In this document: positions 52,028 through 64,000 of the stretch, in pieces
How the letters are laid out: every line of letters starts with the position of its first letter
Numbering within the stretch: the stretch's first letter is position 1
Origin: Octopus sinensis
Lineage: Eukaryota
Length of the DNA: 64,000 bases
Reading direction: 5' to 3'
Assembly: GCF_006345805.1 (NCBI RefSeq)
Contig: NC_043001.1
Span: forward strand, 60,016,001-60,080,000
The notes under the pieces: model-generated
The model's input: the letters and a program-made list of their open reading frames with translations, nothing else
Database searches by the model: none
Told to the model about the DNA's origin: nothing
Translations under genes and position numbers: made by a program

Positions 52028-52105
52028 AAATATATATGTATGTGTGTATATATATATATATCTATATATGCATATGTGTGTGTGAGTGTGTGTGTATGTA
52101 ATATA

Positions 52106-52943
52106 TAGGGTGTGATTTGTAAATTGTTGCCATGTTATACTTCTAATTTTGCGCATGCACATAATTTGTTTTTCATTTTATCGACAACACAGTGTAGTAG
52201 GGTTAGTTAGGTACCATGTGTGAGAAAAACGCCATCATGACGCAATTTACTCTTCCAGAAATTTGTACTGGTTGGTATCGTACCGGAAGCTCCAATATGA
52301 ACAAATGGTAAACACACAGAACAACCGTTGGCTTGCTTTGTCTTCAAAACATGTACTGAGAGTGATAAAAATCAGAAATCCAGTCAACATCATGGTGTTT
52401 GTGGTGTTCCCTAGTGATGGCGGAGTTTTGATTCTATTCATCTTACAACACGTCCTCAAACTCAACACGGAGGCCTACATCAAATGCCTAAAGGAGGTAG
52501 TGGCGCCCTGTGACAAGAGGTTGGCTGCTGGAAGATCCTGTCTGGCAACAAGACTCTGCACCATGCCACACAAGTAGGAGAACGTAGTCATTGCGGTCAG
52601 GCAATTTCTGCGACCACATCGCCCCTAACTCCCTAGACTGTGTGAGGCGCAGATCAGCAAGAAACCAACAAAACTCCTTGTAACACCAAAGATTAAATGA
52701 AGGTAAGGATTATGACAGCATTCACGAACTTAAACAAGGAGAGGATTCAGAAGAATTGCAGGAGATCCCGAAGGCGTCTGGAGGGCGTGGTTGAAGCCAA
52801 TGGCGATTTTATTGAATAAATTTACTATTCAGTATTTCAAGATATTTTCATCTAATTTTGGTAAATATATCTGCTAAATGAGATGTCAATGTTATTTTCA
52901 CTTTTTGCGTAATTTAGACGGTAATATATTTACCGCATCCTGA
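52106..52943 (+). mobile_element. Internally deleted maT/DD37D-like element
   Basis: QNNRWLA, IMVF.V.PSDG, WQQDSAPCHTSRRT, RLE.VVEANG.FIE*; degenerate TIRs near 52106 and 52912-52943. DD37D spacing is inferred. Confidence 0.7.
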
Positions 52944-53904
52944 ATAATATACATACATACACACACACACACATACACGCATATATATAAAAGTAAAAAA
53001 AAACAGGGAGTTCGTTGCGTTACATAAATAATATTTCACTGATTTTTATAAAAGAAAAATAGTAGCAAAGTTTAGTTGCCAACATAACGTGACAGTCTCA
53101 TTTAGGACGAATGCTACTGTCATTTAGCACCAGATAACATCGTCTCCAGCTGGCTATACGACACACTCTTTGTTTCCTTATATTTTTCTCTTCCTCAGTA
53201 CAGAATAACTGCTTGGCTATAGATGGCGCTGCTAAACTCCTGTTCAAAAATATATATAATTTTCAAAGTGACACATACTTACTGATCTGATAAATAAAAG
53301 CATCATTATTTCTAAATTTCTCAACGAGGGACATTCAAAATCAGTACTCAAATGTAAAGATTTTTTGCCAAAATAATGTGGAAGTCCCTGTTGGGATGAA
53401 TGTTGGTGTTATTTAGCCCCAGAAAACATCGTCTCCAGCTGGCAATACGACACAGTATCATTGAGAACTGTGGGGCTATCAGACAGACGAATATGGGAAA
53501 CACAAAAGGACATGAAAATTTCCTAAAGGACTGGAGGCAGAAGAAGGGGAGAACGAAGGAAGAAGTAAACAAACTCTGGAGGAGAAGAATGAAGGAACAC
53601 AAGGAATCGTGACCGAGCTAGTCAGCGGCCAAATGAAAAAGAATGGCAGGGAATTAGTTGGCCACGGGTCACGTGGTAGTGGGAGGAGAGCGAAAAAGAG
53701 CCGTGGATCGCAGAGGGGAAGAATAAACAGAAGAATATTTGGGAAGGAAATAGAGACAAAGACGCAGAGAGAGAGAGGGGAAGGTAAAAGTGAGGCAAAA
53801 AAGAAAGAGACAGACTTGAGTATCGCAGAAATAATATTTCAGGAATATTTTTTACAAATGGTAAAAAAATATATGGAGTGAGTCCAAGTCTATCTCTTTC
53901 TAAA

Positions 53905-54050
53905 CTCAAATTCTCAAATTCCGTCGCGGTTGTCTTTGCCTCTCACTCTTTGGGGGTCAATAAAATGAGTACCAATCAAGCAGTAGGGTCGATGAAATCG
54001 ACTACCCACCTACCCCAGATTACAGGCCTTGTACCCATAGTAGAAATAAT
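53905..54050 (+). mobile_element. Decayed Nin/Deu-domain SINE fragment
   Basis: GCCTCTCACTCTTTGGGGGTCAATAAAATGAGTACC matches the 26063 family. Confidence 0.6.
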
Positions 54051-56394
54051 AAGTATTATTGTAATTATTATTATTTTTGTTAAAGGCATTAATGTAGAAG
54101 AGACATTTGAGAGCATGATTAAAACGTGGAAGACTACATATAGAAAAATATTTTTTCAAAAGTAAAATAAAACACTTTCTAAATAATTTTTCCCTTGATA
54201 TACAAAATCTAAGTGTCCTCACATACGACTCCGGATTATCTATTTCTTTGAAAACCATTGGAAATGTATCTACTCTTGGTCTGAATGCGTTTGTGGTGTC
54301 GATTCTGTCAATAATACCGTAAGACAAGCATCAAGCAGAAATAAGAAGCATTTTAAAATAATTTTCAATAAATCCGGTAAACAAAGTAGAAATTGAATCA
54401 ATTCAAAAGGATGATGAAATATACTGATTTAATAGATGTAATGAATCTGAAAGATCTGCAATCTTGGAAATGTGATAACAAAAGAAGTTATTTGAAGGTT
54501 TGGAATGGTCCTATCACCCATGATAAATAAACTGCATAACTTGACTTGCATTAATACATATGAACAGTATTATATGGATTTAAAAACGAAGCCCTAATGC
54601 TCATTTATATGTATTGGAAAGGCTCTCGAGTATATACAAAAAGTATTCAAATTCTCATGTGTTTCTGGTGTTGTTTTCATTAGCGAACGTGAGGAGATTC
54701 TTAGGTAGTTAAAGTCGTTGATGATATTGAGTAGAGATCTTCAATCAAAGCACGTACATAGGGTATGGAAAATGACTGTTGGTATCTGGAAAAAAGTACT
54801 GGCAATAAACGTTTTCATTTAGTTGTTTGATAATGGAAAAATATCACGTGGAAGGAAATGTAACAACTGACATCTGTTGCCTTTCACTGCAAGGCATCGA
54901 AATTTCGAATAATTTTTATGGTAAGTAAATAGTCAACTCAGCACTGTCGCATTCTTTTCCCATCAGCGGAAAGTGAATGAAATATAAATAGCTTATATAT
55001 ATTAAATATCTTGCAACAAAAATCTAAGTTGTAATTAACATCCATACTATTAAAATTACAGTAAAAGTTTCACATATGCGGGAAATATACCGCTTGTAAT
55101 TATCACGTTTTGGTCTATAACTATATATATATATGGATATAACATCCAGTATAGTCAGTCACTGCTGACACCCTAGCTTCAATTATAATTCCAATATGTT
55201 TTGGGTTTGATTATTGTGAATTAAACGTTTTCTCTGTCGTACATTTTACTACGTTTCCATTCAACAGAAACCTACATATGTACACACAGGCATACTTTCT
55301 TTCTTACAGCGACACACAAGCATTCACAAGACAAATAATTTTATTGGTTTTGAAACTGTCAGCAATAACCGTGGCAGAGCCAAAGGTGTTGATATTCGAT
55401 TACTTTTTCTGTATTGATTGCAGTGCTTGATTGTGGTATTTATTATATCATAGCAGAAAAAAGGAAAGTCACCTTTTTTCACGTAATTACTATGTTATCA
55501 AATGTAATTGATGAAACTGCAAAATATTCTCCACATTCTTGTGTGTATGTATGTATCTAAGAACACACGGTTAAAATGGCACAAGACTTTTTGGGTGAGA
55601 ATGGCATTGTATTCAGTACTTTACTTTAATTGCTTATACTCAGTACTTTTAGATTATTGACCCCTACAAAATGGATGGAAGCGAAGTTTAGTACGAGTGA
55701 ATTTGAACTCGGGCGGTAAAAAACGTAAAAAGATAGCGTGTGGTGTTTTCCGACATCTTGGCAATTCTGTATATCTATCGTCCAAAAAGCAATCGTGAAA
55801 TAATATTAGTATTTCATTTGCACAAATAAGATTTCCCTCAAACAGTTTTCTTTTTATATGAAATTATATTATTTCTAACATCATTGCCAATATCTGTACA
55901 ACTTTACATATAGTTTACATATATATTTACGTACATCTTATGTACATGTTTACATATATTTTTTATTGTTAGTGAGACGTGCATTTCCCCAATCATAGGG
56001 GATAGGGGGAAAAGCGAGTCCATGTTTTCCAATCTTATTCTTTAATGTCAAGTGATCCTGAAGAGCCTATCTTACGACAGGAAACGCAAATGAGGGCAGC
56101 AGTAGCATAAAACCCACTCATCTATCAAATGCCACATATCAGAGGAGTTTACAAGCAGTGAAGGTAGAGTGAAGCTAACGGCGGTGCCCCATGTTTCAAC
56201 CATTTCCTAGAAGTTTAATGTAGCTGAGTAACTAATTTCAAATACATGTTCAAATATCCTGTTCTGATACAAAAATAAAATTCATGAATTTCCGTACTCG
56301 TGTTTTTAATATGAGAAACTTGCTTGATCTAAGATATACACAGATACGGCAGAAGTAAATAGATATATTTATAATCATTAAAATTTATTTGAAT

Positions 56395-56830
56395 ATGAAA
56401 TTATACATTCACATTATTTATTAATTGTTATAATGTGAATATTTAATATTTAGTAGACATGTCCTTTGCATTTTTCAATGCAAGGACCTATTAGGCATGT
56501 TACTAATCAGATGACAAATATTCTCTTGCGGAATGTCTTGCCAAGTTTCATGCAGTAATCTCAAAAGGCTTGGCTTTGAAGATTGTATATTTTTTTCTTT
56601 TTTATTAAATGTCTTGCCCATTATGTCCCAGAGGGGTTCAATAGGGTTCATATCTGGTGACTGGCTTGGTCATGAAAGCTTTTTTAATGCCATTCTCACC
56701 CAAAAAATCTTGTTCTATTTTAACCGTGTGACAAGAACCTCCATCTTCTATAAATAAAGTCTTCTTTAATCTCTTCGCCACTGGAAAAGATTAGAAGGAG
56801 TCCTCTCTGCAATATGGACACATACATATC
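56395..56830 (-). mobile_element. 3' fragment of the same Tc1 family as 44270-45385
   Basis: Colinear with 44270-44680. Confidence 0.85.
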
Positions 56831-59303
56831 TGAGTTTATGTTTAACCCAAACTCCACCATTTGACCCCTTCTAAAAATTTATTTATATAACATACCGTTT
56901 GACCCCTTCTAAAAATTGCCGATCCTGTGCTTATATCATAAATTTCCATTATAATCAATGCAGTCTAATAATATAAAAACAACTCCTACATTTCGACTAT
57001 TATATTATGGAATACTGCTATACTCCTTACGTTCAAGTAAACCTCATTTTCCTATATATGCCTGCCAATCAAAAACAAAAATGCTCCTCAAGGTAAAACT
57101 GCAATTGATGAAATCTCGTGCGTACTTTAGGAAACAAAGAACTATCAAACTTAGCACGTAAAAGGTAAAGATCTGCACTTAAGAAGCCTGTCGAAATTAT
57201 TTAAGGCTTCTCTGCTGCGGAGTTCGGATGATCATGGAGATACTGGATTAGTAATGTCAACATTAATTTACAATAACAACCTTCCCATGTCAAAAAAATT
57301 AACTGCAATCCTGGATCAAGAATTGAACAGCTCGAAAAATTGCTTCCTGTTTTTGCAATTAAAGCAACAACAAAGAAATTTAGGAAGGATGTTTCAACTT
57401 GACTGCCTGTGTTCACTTCAGGAAATTTCAAACACAAAGCATCCCAAATGGGACTAGTATGAAAATGGATCTGAACAACTTCAAAATGAATAAAATTACT
57501 AAGACGAGGGCATAAACTCATAAGCAGAATATTGGATGAACAGATGGTAGTGGAAATGTAGATAGGGCCAAAAGAGAAATATTTACATACAAACAAGAAA
57601 CTCACGTCCTTCACCCCACCGCTCGAACCAAAGGAGTTGAAGAAACAGGAAAGACGATTTAATGAACTCTGAATGCAAAACCATCTATTTATACTAGTAC
57701 TCCAAAAGTTACAAGAGTCTGACAGTGAAGCATATATGGTGTCAACATCAGTGTGTATTATCATACCAAATCTCAAATATCTCAAATTAAGACTATTTAA
57801 GATTATTTAATATGGCTATCCTTTGGATTACATAGACATATTAACTCTATTGATATACTCATAAACCCGGCCTTTAACAAGTATTGAGGTTAATAACTGA
57901 TCGATTAGAATTTCTAAAATATCTCTTGGACGAAAGCAGCAATCACTTTCCTTTTTTCTGATATCATAGTAAATCTCGACGCTAGGATCCCACCAAAATA
58001 CTGAATAGAATACTTACAACTGTAGTTTTAAAAGTTCCTATACAGCATATCTGAACGAATTGAGAAAATATTCATCATTGAGAGAATAAAATTCCTCTTG
58101 TAAATTATCTTTACCAGTTCTAAAGACAACTAAATATTATTGGCACTGCAATGTCACAAAATGTCACAAAAGTAGCTCGCACGTCTGCTAATCATGTCAT
58201 GGCATTCTTAAAAGTCCAAAGATAGAAACACTTCAGATTAACATTCCATAAATACTTACTCTCCAACTTGCCGAAAACCCTACTTCGCTGGTTATTTCAT
58301 TCTACACACACACAGACACACACACACACACACACAGAGCTGATCAACTCTTTGAGTTGAAAAGTCTAGTTAATAAAATAGACCACACTATTCAACATAC
58401 AATGGAATATAGTAAGATTCAAGTATCTATTTTAAACATGTTAATTTCAAAAAGAGACACACACACTGAAAAGCAACATGTAACTAAAGTAGCCAAGACT
58501 TTTGATAAGAAACAGCGTCGAGGGAAAAGCAACTGACCGGATCACGGAAAAACTACAGGAGACCAAAACAGTTAAGCGAATGATGTTCTCAGACTACCAA
58601 TCAAACGGGATTCCGGACTATTGCCGAAAAAAGAACAAGGGACAAATCATAGAATAAACATAGTTGATTTGAAGGCAGTCAGCCAAGCAGAACGCTATGA
58701 CACTCACGGACACTAGTGATGTCTTTCAGAAGGTAACCAATCAAGTCTTTAATTTATGCCTTAAAACACTGAATATAGAGCAGATGATGGGGATACCCCT
58801 TCATACGAGATGACAAAATTTATAATTTGTTTTTACTTTTTAAAATACCTAACTTATCTAATTTCTAAAACAAATTATTTCGTTGAAATTTATTGACACT
58901 TCTACTTTCCCTCGTGTTTTTATCGTTATGAAGTTTATCGTACATTTGGACTTTAATCTTTGCTATTATTGTGAAACGTACTGAATACTTGGATATTCGG
59001 TCGTGTAATTTTCCTATGAAACACATTCAACATTTCATTTTCTTGAGCATGTTTTATCAATACGAAACTTACTACTGTGCATTTACATTATTTTAATCTT
59101 TTATCCCCTTCTACATTTAGTATTGAAACAAAAATATGAAAGAAGTGTAAATGGTATCTTAAAAAAATGTTTTAAAAATACTAAAACAACTAAAACTATT
59201 TTTAAGACCAGGTGCAATTTCAACTCCATAACCAGTAATCTTATTCATATATATATATATACATTTATATATATGTCTGTGGGGTGGATATATATATATG
59301 TAT

Positions 59304-59392
<89 letters not shown>

Positions 59393-59899
59393 CATAAATG
59401 CATATATATATACGGATACGTATACGTAAACACTCACATGTACTTTCATATAAAAACGTTAAAAATATATTTTTTAATAATATTTATGTAACAAAAAAAG
59501 AAGGTCATATCCTTTAATCGGGTGATAAAACTTAGCTTCTTAGAAACCTTGCATACTTGACTGAATGTATGTCCGCATGTGAAGCATAGGTGATAATGTC
59601 GTGTTTACAAGCAAATTCATATTGTAATTGATTCCAATTCGATTAGTACACAAACATACATATACGTGCTTGTCCATATACATTCATATATGTAAATATG
59701 CATAACATTCACAAATATGTATATATATGTGTGTATGTGCATATGTGTGCTTGTGTGTGTATGTGTGTATAAACATACACGAACAAATACGTATGTGTGT
59801 ATAACTATATTTTTATATGCAAATGTAAGTGAACTTGATTGTATTTGTATATACGTGTGTGTGTATGTATTATGTGTGTCTATGTATATATCTATGTGT

Positions 59900-60125
59900 G
59901 CGTGTGTGAGTCTCAGTGACCGCGTTCGTCCCCTGCTACTGCTTGTCATACGTCGTTGGCGTGTTTTCGTCCTCGCAACTTAGCTGTTGGTTAAAATAGC
60001 TCGATAGAATAACTACAAAGTTTTAAAAGAAATAAATAAGTAGTGGAGTCCATTCGTTCGGCTACAGTTCACCGAGCCCAAGTCCCAATATAGCTGCAGT
60101 TTAAAGACCAAAAGGATAAATGATA
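59900..60125 (+). mobile_element. Old decayed 3' half of the abundant tRNA-SINE
   Basis: GTTCGTCCCCTGCTACTGCTTG..GCAACTTAGC..GATAGAATAA resembles the family tail. Confidence 0.5.
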
Positions 60126-60142
60126 AATACATATGTGAGTGT

Positions 60143-60205
<63 letters not shown>

Positions 60206-60451
60206 GCACACACACATATGTATTTATCATTTATCCTTTTGGTCTCCAAACATTTGATAAGCGATTCCATATATGCGTTCCTTGAAGGTATAGACTGTAT
60301 TATGAATAAACAATGTTAGGGTTTTTCGACTAAATATATCCACGCACCTTCAAGGAACGCATATATGGAATCACTTATCAAATGTTTAGAGGTGTGGTGT
60401 TAAATATAAAGTCCTTGACTCGAATTTGATGTTTTTCTCTGATCAATGTAT

Positions 60452-60499
<48 letters not shown>

Positions 60500-60561
60500 A
60501 TATATATATAATATATATATATATATAATATATATATATATTATATATACGTATATATATA

Positions 60562-60629
<68 letters not shown>

Positions 60630-60631
<2 letters not shown>

Positions 60632-60790
60632 CGACAGGCTTCTTTCAGTTTCCGTCTACCAAATCCACTCACAATGCATTGGTCGGCCCGGGGCTATAGC
60701 AGAAGACACTTGCCCAAGATGCCACGCAGTGGGACTGAACCCGGAACCATGTGGTTGGTTAGCAAGCTACTTACCACACAGCCACTCCTG
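60630..60790 (-). mobile_element. 5' half of tRNA-SINE inside (TA)n
   Basis: Nearly identical to 62581-62741. Confidence 0.88.
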
Positions 60791-60792
60791 TA

Positions 60793-60868
<76 letters not shown>

Positions 60869-61293
60869 ATTATATAATATATATAGATATATATATATAT
60901 ATATATACATATATATAATATATATATATAATTTGATGTTTGTTCTCTGATCAGTGTATTATATACATATATATATATATACCGAATACTGCTATACATA
61001 TATATATATACATACCGAATACTGCTTGGTCGAATTGATTAACAATTAATTAATTCTACCCCTTTTTTACTGACAATATAATGCTTTCTCTCCAAGAATT
61101 TGAACTACAGTTTTTGCCTCTGTAGGAATGTACTACTCTATGACTCACGTGGGTGGACAGGGAGAATAATAGATCTCATTTGTATTTTTGGATTCGCTAG
61201 TACTGGTTGTCTGGCATGGTTTGTCCGATGTTACAGATATCGGACGGGTATGTTTGATTCTTAGTATTTTCAAATCTAAATCGGAAGAAATAT

Positions 61294-61353
61294 CTGAGCT
61301 GATGAAGGAAAAGTGGCGTTTAACCCACGAATCCAGAAACAGGCTGTCCTCGG
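61294..61353 (+). ncRNA. Type I hammerhead motif (A.A mismatch at base of helix II)
   Basis: CTGAG-CTGATGA-AGGA..GTGG/CCAC..TCCA-GAA-ACAGGCTGT-C-CTCGG; predicted cut after 61348. Confidence 0.65.
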
Positions 61354-61542
61354 GTATCTTGTATGGATGTGATCTTTCATTGTTTTTCCCTTATACCTAT
61401 GTGAGTTATTTTCTGAGTATGCATTGTCTGGAGACTTTTATTTGCAGTTGAAGAAATAGCCAAATTTTTGGCTGCTATTTCTGGAAAGTTCGGTGTGTGG
61501 TAAAGGAAATTTGTTTACTTTACCATATTTTTATAATTAATA

Positions 61543-61605
<63 letters not shown>

Positions 61606-61609
<4 letters not shown>

Positions 61610-61689
61610 AAACTTAGACTTAGATAAACTTAGATATGTTTCGACCAAAGATTGGTCCAGGCCATGTCTAACTTAATAGCACCACCTGA
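61606..61689 (-). mobile_element. 84-bp 3' end of the CR1 family seen at 9395-9473
   Basis: Reverse complement CAGGTGGTGCTATTAAGTTAGACATGGCCTGGACCAATCTTTGGTCGAAACATATCTAAGT. Confidence 0.88.
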
Positions 61690-62029
61690 TATAATACATT
61701 GATCAGAGAACAAAGATCAAATTCGAGTCAACGACTGTATATTTAACACCACACCACTAAACATTTGATAAGTGATTCCATATATGCGTTCCTTGAAGGT
61801 GCGGGATATTTTTAGTCGAAAAACCCTAACATTGTTTATTCATAATGCAGTTTACTTTTATATGTATAGTTTTACCCTTACGGGCTATCTTTTACTGGAA
61901 AGCAATACTTTCGTATTGCATTATTATTTTCATTGAAACTTCTTCACTGTTATCGTTCTGTTAACGTTTTGGCGTTCCGACGAGTGTACTGGTATAGATG
62001 TGGCAACATTTGAAATATTGTTTAGGTAT

Positions 62030-62100
62030 ATGCAGCTGATGAAGACAAATCACATCTACGTTGTCAAACGTATTTGAAGAGTCTGAAACCGGTCCTGCAT
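62030..62100 (+). ncRNA. Canonical type I minimal hammerhead with extended helix II
   Basis: ATGCAG-CTGATGA-AGAC...GTCT-GAA-ACCGGT-C-CTGCAT; predicted cut after 62094. Confidence 0.85.
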
Positions 62101-62286
62101 TATCCGATTCTAAGTTTTCCATTTTTCAGATGTTCTTCGTAGAGGTAAGACAAATTTTTTTCATGTTTGTGGCACACACGCGTCTTTGCTAGTATTTACG
62201 CAGTGAAGCTATACAATAGCGTCGTATTTATTACGATTGCTATTTTCCAGTAAATATCGGTGCCTTGTTGTACCATTTATTTACTT

Positions 62287-62321
<35 letters not shown>

Positions 62322-62749
62322 CTCTTTACTCTTTTACTCTTTTACTTGTTTCAGTCATTTGACTGCGGCCATGCTGGAGCACCGCCTTTGGTCGAGCAAA
62401 TCGACCCCGGGACTTATTCTTTGTAAGCCCAGTACTTATTCTATCGGTCTCTTTTGCCGAACCGCTACGTGACGGGGACGTAAACACACCAGCATCGGTT
62501 GTCAAGCAATGCTAGGGGGACAAACACAGACACACGAACATATACACACACACTTATATATATATATATATATACATATATACGACAGGCTTCTTTCAGT
62601 TTCCGTCTACCAAATCCACTCACAAGGCATTGGTCGGCCCGGGGCTATAGCAGAAGACACTTGCCCAAGATGCCACGCAGTGGGACTGAACCCGGAACCA
62701 TGTGGTTGGTTAGCAAGCTACTTACCACACAGCCACTCCTGCGCCTATA
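62322..62749 (-). mobile_element. Full-length tRNA-SINE
   Basis: Matches the 36871 family. Confidence 0.9.
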
Positions 62750-63505
62750 TAGATAACAACAGATCAGTGCCCTACAGTTGAGGGGAGACAACTGACAGAC
62801 AAGAGGGCTTGCAGCGACAAACTGATGTGAATTGCGCATAGAAGAAATATATCAGATCTTTACATCGAAGGAGAAATTACTTCAGAATTGAAAAAGAACA
62901 GACTTGGATATATTTACATTAGCATGACAAAACATTTGCACATTTTCATGCAGATATAGAGTAAGATGATATCCTATACATCAAAGAGAAGTGACGAATA
63001 ATAGAGGTATAGTCGGAACATATGCATGACCAACTCTCAACTACATGTTCTAATAACAGCTAACGTAAAATACCTGTATTTTACCTTTTATTCTTATAAA
63101 CCATAGCAACGTCTACAGGTACACAATCTTCGGAATAACCAAAAACTCAACTTAAATGTGCACTACCCTAACTTATATTAAAAGAACTCTATCGATATAA
63201 CTATAATTAATGGGATTTCATTTTCATCTCTAATCCATGCGATATACACAGAATTTTTTTTTTAATATTTAGTTACAAGTATAAGCACTACTTTTAAGTA
63301 GAAATAATTCTAGGTTACTGCGTTTCTTCTGAAGTACCATCAAACACTTGTGGAAAGTAGAAGTAGTATAATTAAGTATCCTTCATTGAAACTCCTGTAT
63401 GATGGCACAAATTATATGGTGCTCTACATTCATGTTTTTCTGCAAGCGGTGTGTAGTGTTATCTCTCTTTCTGTTTCTCTTTCTCTTTCTCTTTATATCC
63501 ATTCA

Positions 63506-63670
63506 TAAGGAGCAGGCGAGGCTATGCGGTAAGAAACTTGCTTTCAAACCACTTAATTCCGGGGTCAGCCCCACTGCGTGACACCATTGGCAGGTGTCTT
63601 CTACTGTAGCTTCAAGCAGACCGAAGCCTTCTGAGTGGATCTGGCAGGCGGAAACTGAAAGAAGCCTGTC
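63506..63670 (+). mobile_element. Older 5' half of the tRNA-SINE
   Basis: GGTGTCTTCTACTGTAGC..GCCTTCTGAGTGGATCTGGCAGGCGGAAACTGAAAGAAGCCTGTC. Confidence 0.75.
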
Positions 63671-63739
63671 ATATATACAAAAACATGGTGACGCAAAAAG
63701 AATAGAACTCATAAATCTTTGAATAAAACTGTTTGAATA

Positions 63740-64000
63740 AAACGACGCAGAGTGATAGATCGAGGTAGACAGTGGTTCCATCAAGATGGGGCCACCCCCA
63801 CGCGTCAAATGACTCTCTAGCCTGGCTGAGAAAGCGATTTCAGGAGAGACTGATCAGCAGGAAGTATGACGTTGAGTGGGCACCGCATTCACCGCACTTG
63901 GACACCATCCTCACCCAGATTTTTATCTGTGGAGTTATCTCAAAGATAATGCTCACCAGAACAAACATTAAACGATTGGTGAACTGAAGTCAGCAATCAC
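63740..64000 (+). mobile_element. rosa/DD41D-like transposase C-terminal relic (runs off the window)
   Basis: WFHQDGATPH..ISRK..WAPHSP....PDFYLWSYLKD; spacing approximately D41D, allowing for the frameshift. Confidence 0.75.

Larger units (their letters stand above)
60248..61851. repeat. Inverted-repeat unit: 162-bp IR (60294-60455 and 61690-61851) plus 42-bp hairpin (60248-60289 and 60346-60387)
   Basis: Reverse-complement matches read directly from the sequence. Confidence 0.85.

Noticed and set aside
53120-53455. 45-bp direct repeat (about 53120 and 53409)
   Set aside because: Most likely two fragments of a common dispersed repeat; no further structure seen.
56035-56080. CTGAAGAGCCT..AGGAAACG
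   Set aside because: Requires a deletion to fit, and there is no helix I.

Overview
AT-rich animal DNA made almost entirely of transposon relics and microsatellites. I could not support any host exon. The SINE families look like those of Octopus (from recall, unverified). Contents: (1) two stacks of R4/Dong-clade RLE non-LTR retrotransposons from three families, all inserted in (AAT)n tracts in a fixed strand orientation; (2) a composite SINE-like element made of a tRNA-like head, an internal (AAT)n and a tail carrying a Penelope-type minimal hammerhead ribozyme, whose microsatellite acts as the landing pad for the Dong elements at 13.9-21.4 kb; (3) at least 6 further near-canonical and several fossil type I hammerhead ribozyme (HHR) motifs in otherwise unannotated DNA; (4) a 7SL/SRP-RNA copy with helix 8 cleanly deleted, lying directly 5' of a tRNA-SINE; (5) two full-length mariner copies plus Tc1, maT-like and rosa-like relics, CR1 and RTE LINE fragments, a Penelope RT relic, several SINE families and palindromic MITE-like elements. 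Most listed ORFs are microsatellite artefacts or pieces of these elements. All pairings and alignments were done by eye.
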